From Azolla caroliniana (taxonomy: Eukaryota; Plantae; Polypodiophyta): a DNA stretch of 64,000 bases. The stretch lies in NCBI GenBank assembly GCA_043228905.1, contig JBHGNT010000022.1, forward strand, positions 10,106,001-10,170,000. The letters are read 5' to 3'. This document shows positions 62,278 to 64,000 of the stretch, piece by piece. The notes under the pieces are model-generated. The model was given only the letters and a program-made list of their open reading frames with translations. It was not told the DNA's origin and ran no database searches. Within the stretch, counting starts at the first letter, position 1, and each line of letters begins with the position of its first letter. A program made the translations under genes and the position numbers.

Positions 62278-64000
62278 GAACTCGTGCATATGGACGTATT
62301 CTATGTGGGCACGAAGTCGCTTGGTGGTTCACAGTATTTCGTGACCTTCATTGATGACTGTAGCAGGAAGTTGTTGGCTTCCGTGCTTAAGACTAAGGAT
62401 CAAGTGTTAACCGTCTTCAAAGAGTTCCAAGCGAGGGCCGAGAGAGAAACCGGCCGAAAACAGAAGGCAATTCGAGTGGACAATGGCGGAGAGTACCATA
62501 GACCGTTCGAAGAATATTGCCGAAATCAAGGAATCCGCCTTAAGTATACTGTGCCGAAGACGCCAGAGCTTAATAGGTTGGCCGAGAGAATGAACTGGAC
62601 CGTAATGGAAAGGGTCTGAAATATTCTTGCACATGCTAAGTTACCGAAGAGGTTATGGGCTAAGGTGCTGATGACGAGATTGTACGTGATAAACCAATCA
62701 CCCTCAGTACCCTTGGACGGTGATATTCCACAAAGGGGATGGAGTAGCAATGACGTATCGTACCGACATTTGAGGGTGTTCGGTTGTCTTGCTTATGTGC
62801 ATGTTACAAAGGACTAGAGGGGGAAGTTGGACCCGAAATCTCGGCTATGCATATTTCTCGGCTACGGAAATGATGAATTTGGCTATTGGCTATGGGACGT
62901 AGCCGAGAAGAAGTGATTAGGAGCTGCGACATTGTCTTCATGGAGGAAAAGAAAATAGTTGACTGGGAGATTGAGAATAATTCTTCAACTACCAAATCAA
63001 ACCGAGTCGATGCTAAGTCAAATTGAGAACCGAATGAAGAGTGAGGGGAAACGTCCGAACAAGGAACTAAATTCGAATCGGCTGAAGTAGTCGAAGAAGA
63101 ACCTACCGTGCCGAATGGAGACTGTAGATGCCCCCTAAGAGAAAGGAGAGCTCCCTTAAGTTTTCCGGATGAAGGGCGTGTACTGCTAACCGATGAGGGG
63201 GAGCTGGAAAGCTTTGAAGAAGCGAAGAAAGATACCCACAACCGAAAGTGGTTGAGTGCCATGCAAGAGGAGATGGATTCTTTGCATGAGAACCACACAT
63301 ATGAACTGACCGAACTGCTGAGAGGAAAGAAGGCACTTCGGAATAAATGGGTATACAAGTTGAAACCGGGAGATAGCGAGAATCCGCCCAAGTACAAAGC
63401 ACAAATCATTGTGAAAGCTTTTTAGTGGAAGAAGGGTGTCGATTATATTTTCCTTGGTCGTAAAGATGATCTTAATTCAAACCATGCTGAGCATCGTGGC
63501 CAGCATGGCTCTCGAAGTCCAGCAATTGGATGTCAAGACAATGTTTCTGCACGGTGATCTCCAAGAGGAGATCTATATGCACCAATCGAAAGGATTTGTA
63601 GAGAAAGGTAGAGAGAAAGGTAAAGAGAACTTGGTAAAGAGAACCTGGTGAGTATCTCGGCCGAGGCTGAAACCAAAACCTAAACCTAAACCAAAACCGA
63701 AATCGGATACTGAAATCAAAATCAAAATCGTTTCGGAAGACTATATTTGTAAATAGTCTAAAATGCCTCCTAGGGGCTATACTTCTAAATAGTTAGAAAG
63801 TTGCTTTGGTTTATAAGCAACTAGGGCAAACTTTATGTTAGCAGTTAGTTGATAATTATTGTAAAGCTAGAACGAGGTAGTTGCCTCTCAAACCGTGAGT
63901 GAGAGAGTGAGAGTGTAACTCTGTAGCCGTTTCTCAGACGACGGAGAACTCGAGGTCGTTGCCTTTGAGTTCTGTATCTGTACTTCCTCTCTACTATGGT

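Larger units (their letters stand above)
54943..64000 (+). mobile_element. Old Tork/Tnt1-like Copia element J with deletions; runs off the window
   Basis: 5' LTR 54943-56132 (split by solo LTR L); PBS TGGTATCAAAG 56136; gag 56149-56980; IN-RT 62278-63640; partial 3' LTR from ~63650. Confidence 0.88.

Noticed and set aside
1-64000. Centromere assignment
   Set aside because: No satellite is present; nesting density alone cannot separate a centromere from other heterochromatin

Overview
No host gene is recognisable. The window is a pile-up of plant LTR retrotransposons, resolved here by LTR pairs, PBS/PPT and target-site duplications (TSDs); a moss or other non-seed plant host is an inference from the element types. 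In order: Gypsy A (1-6279, +); an old Copia gag remnant (~7950-9000); then a six-deep nest, Copia B > Tork/Tnt1-like Copia C (14307-52265) > Copia D (17721-50561, -) > Gypsy E (19937-38574, -) > Copia I (20444-31752) > apparently intact chromovirus H (25075-30827). D also holds chromovirus G (39934-45823) and the Gag-only element F (46166-49644). Then Copia J (54943 to window end), which contains solo LTR L, degenerate chromovirus K and rearranged LTR M. Best leads: (1) five LTR families from two Gypsy lineages carry an antisense tRNA-like Pol III A-box/B-box module in U3 with tRNA spacing (32-33 nt) but no cloverleaf; (2) Tf1-type self-priming in the chromoviruses, supported by a compensatory change and by an LTR whose R-U5 is inverted exactly at the primer/PBS; (3) two different conserved -1 frameshift signals with structured stimulators; (4) a young tRNA-Trp-primed Gag-only element with a novel repetitive tail. 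All alignments and counts were done by eye.
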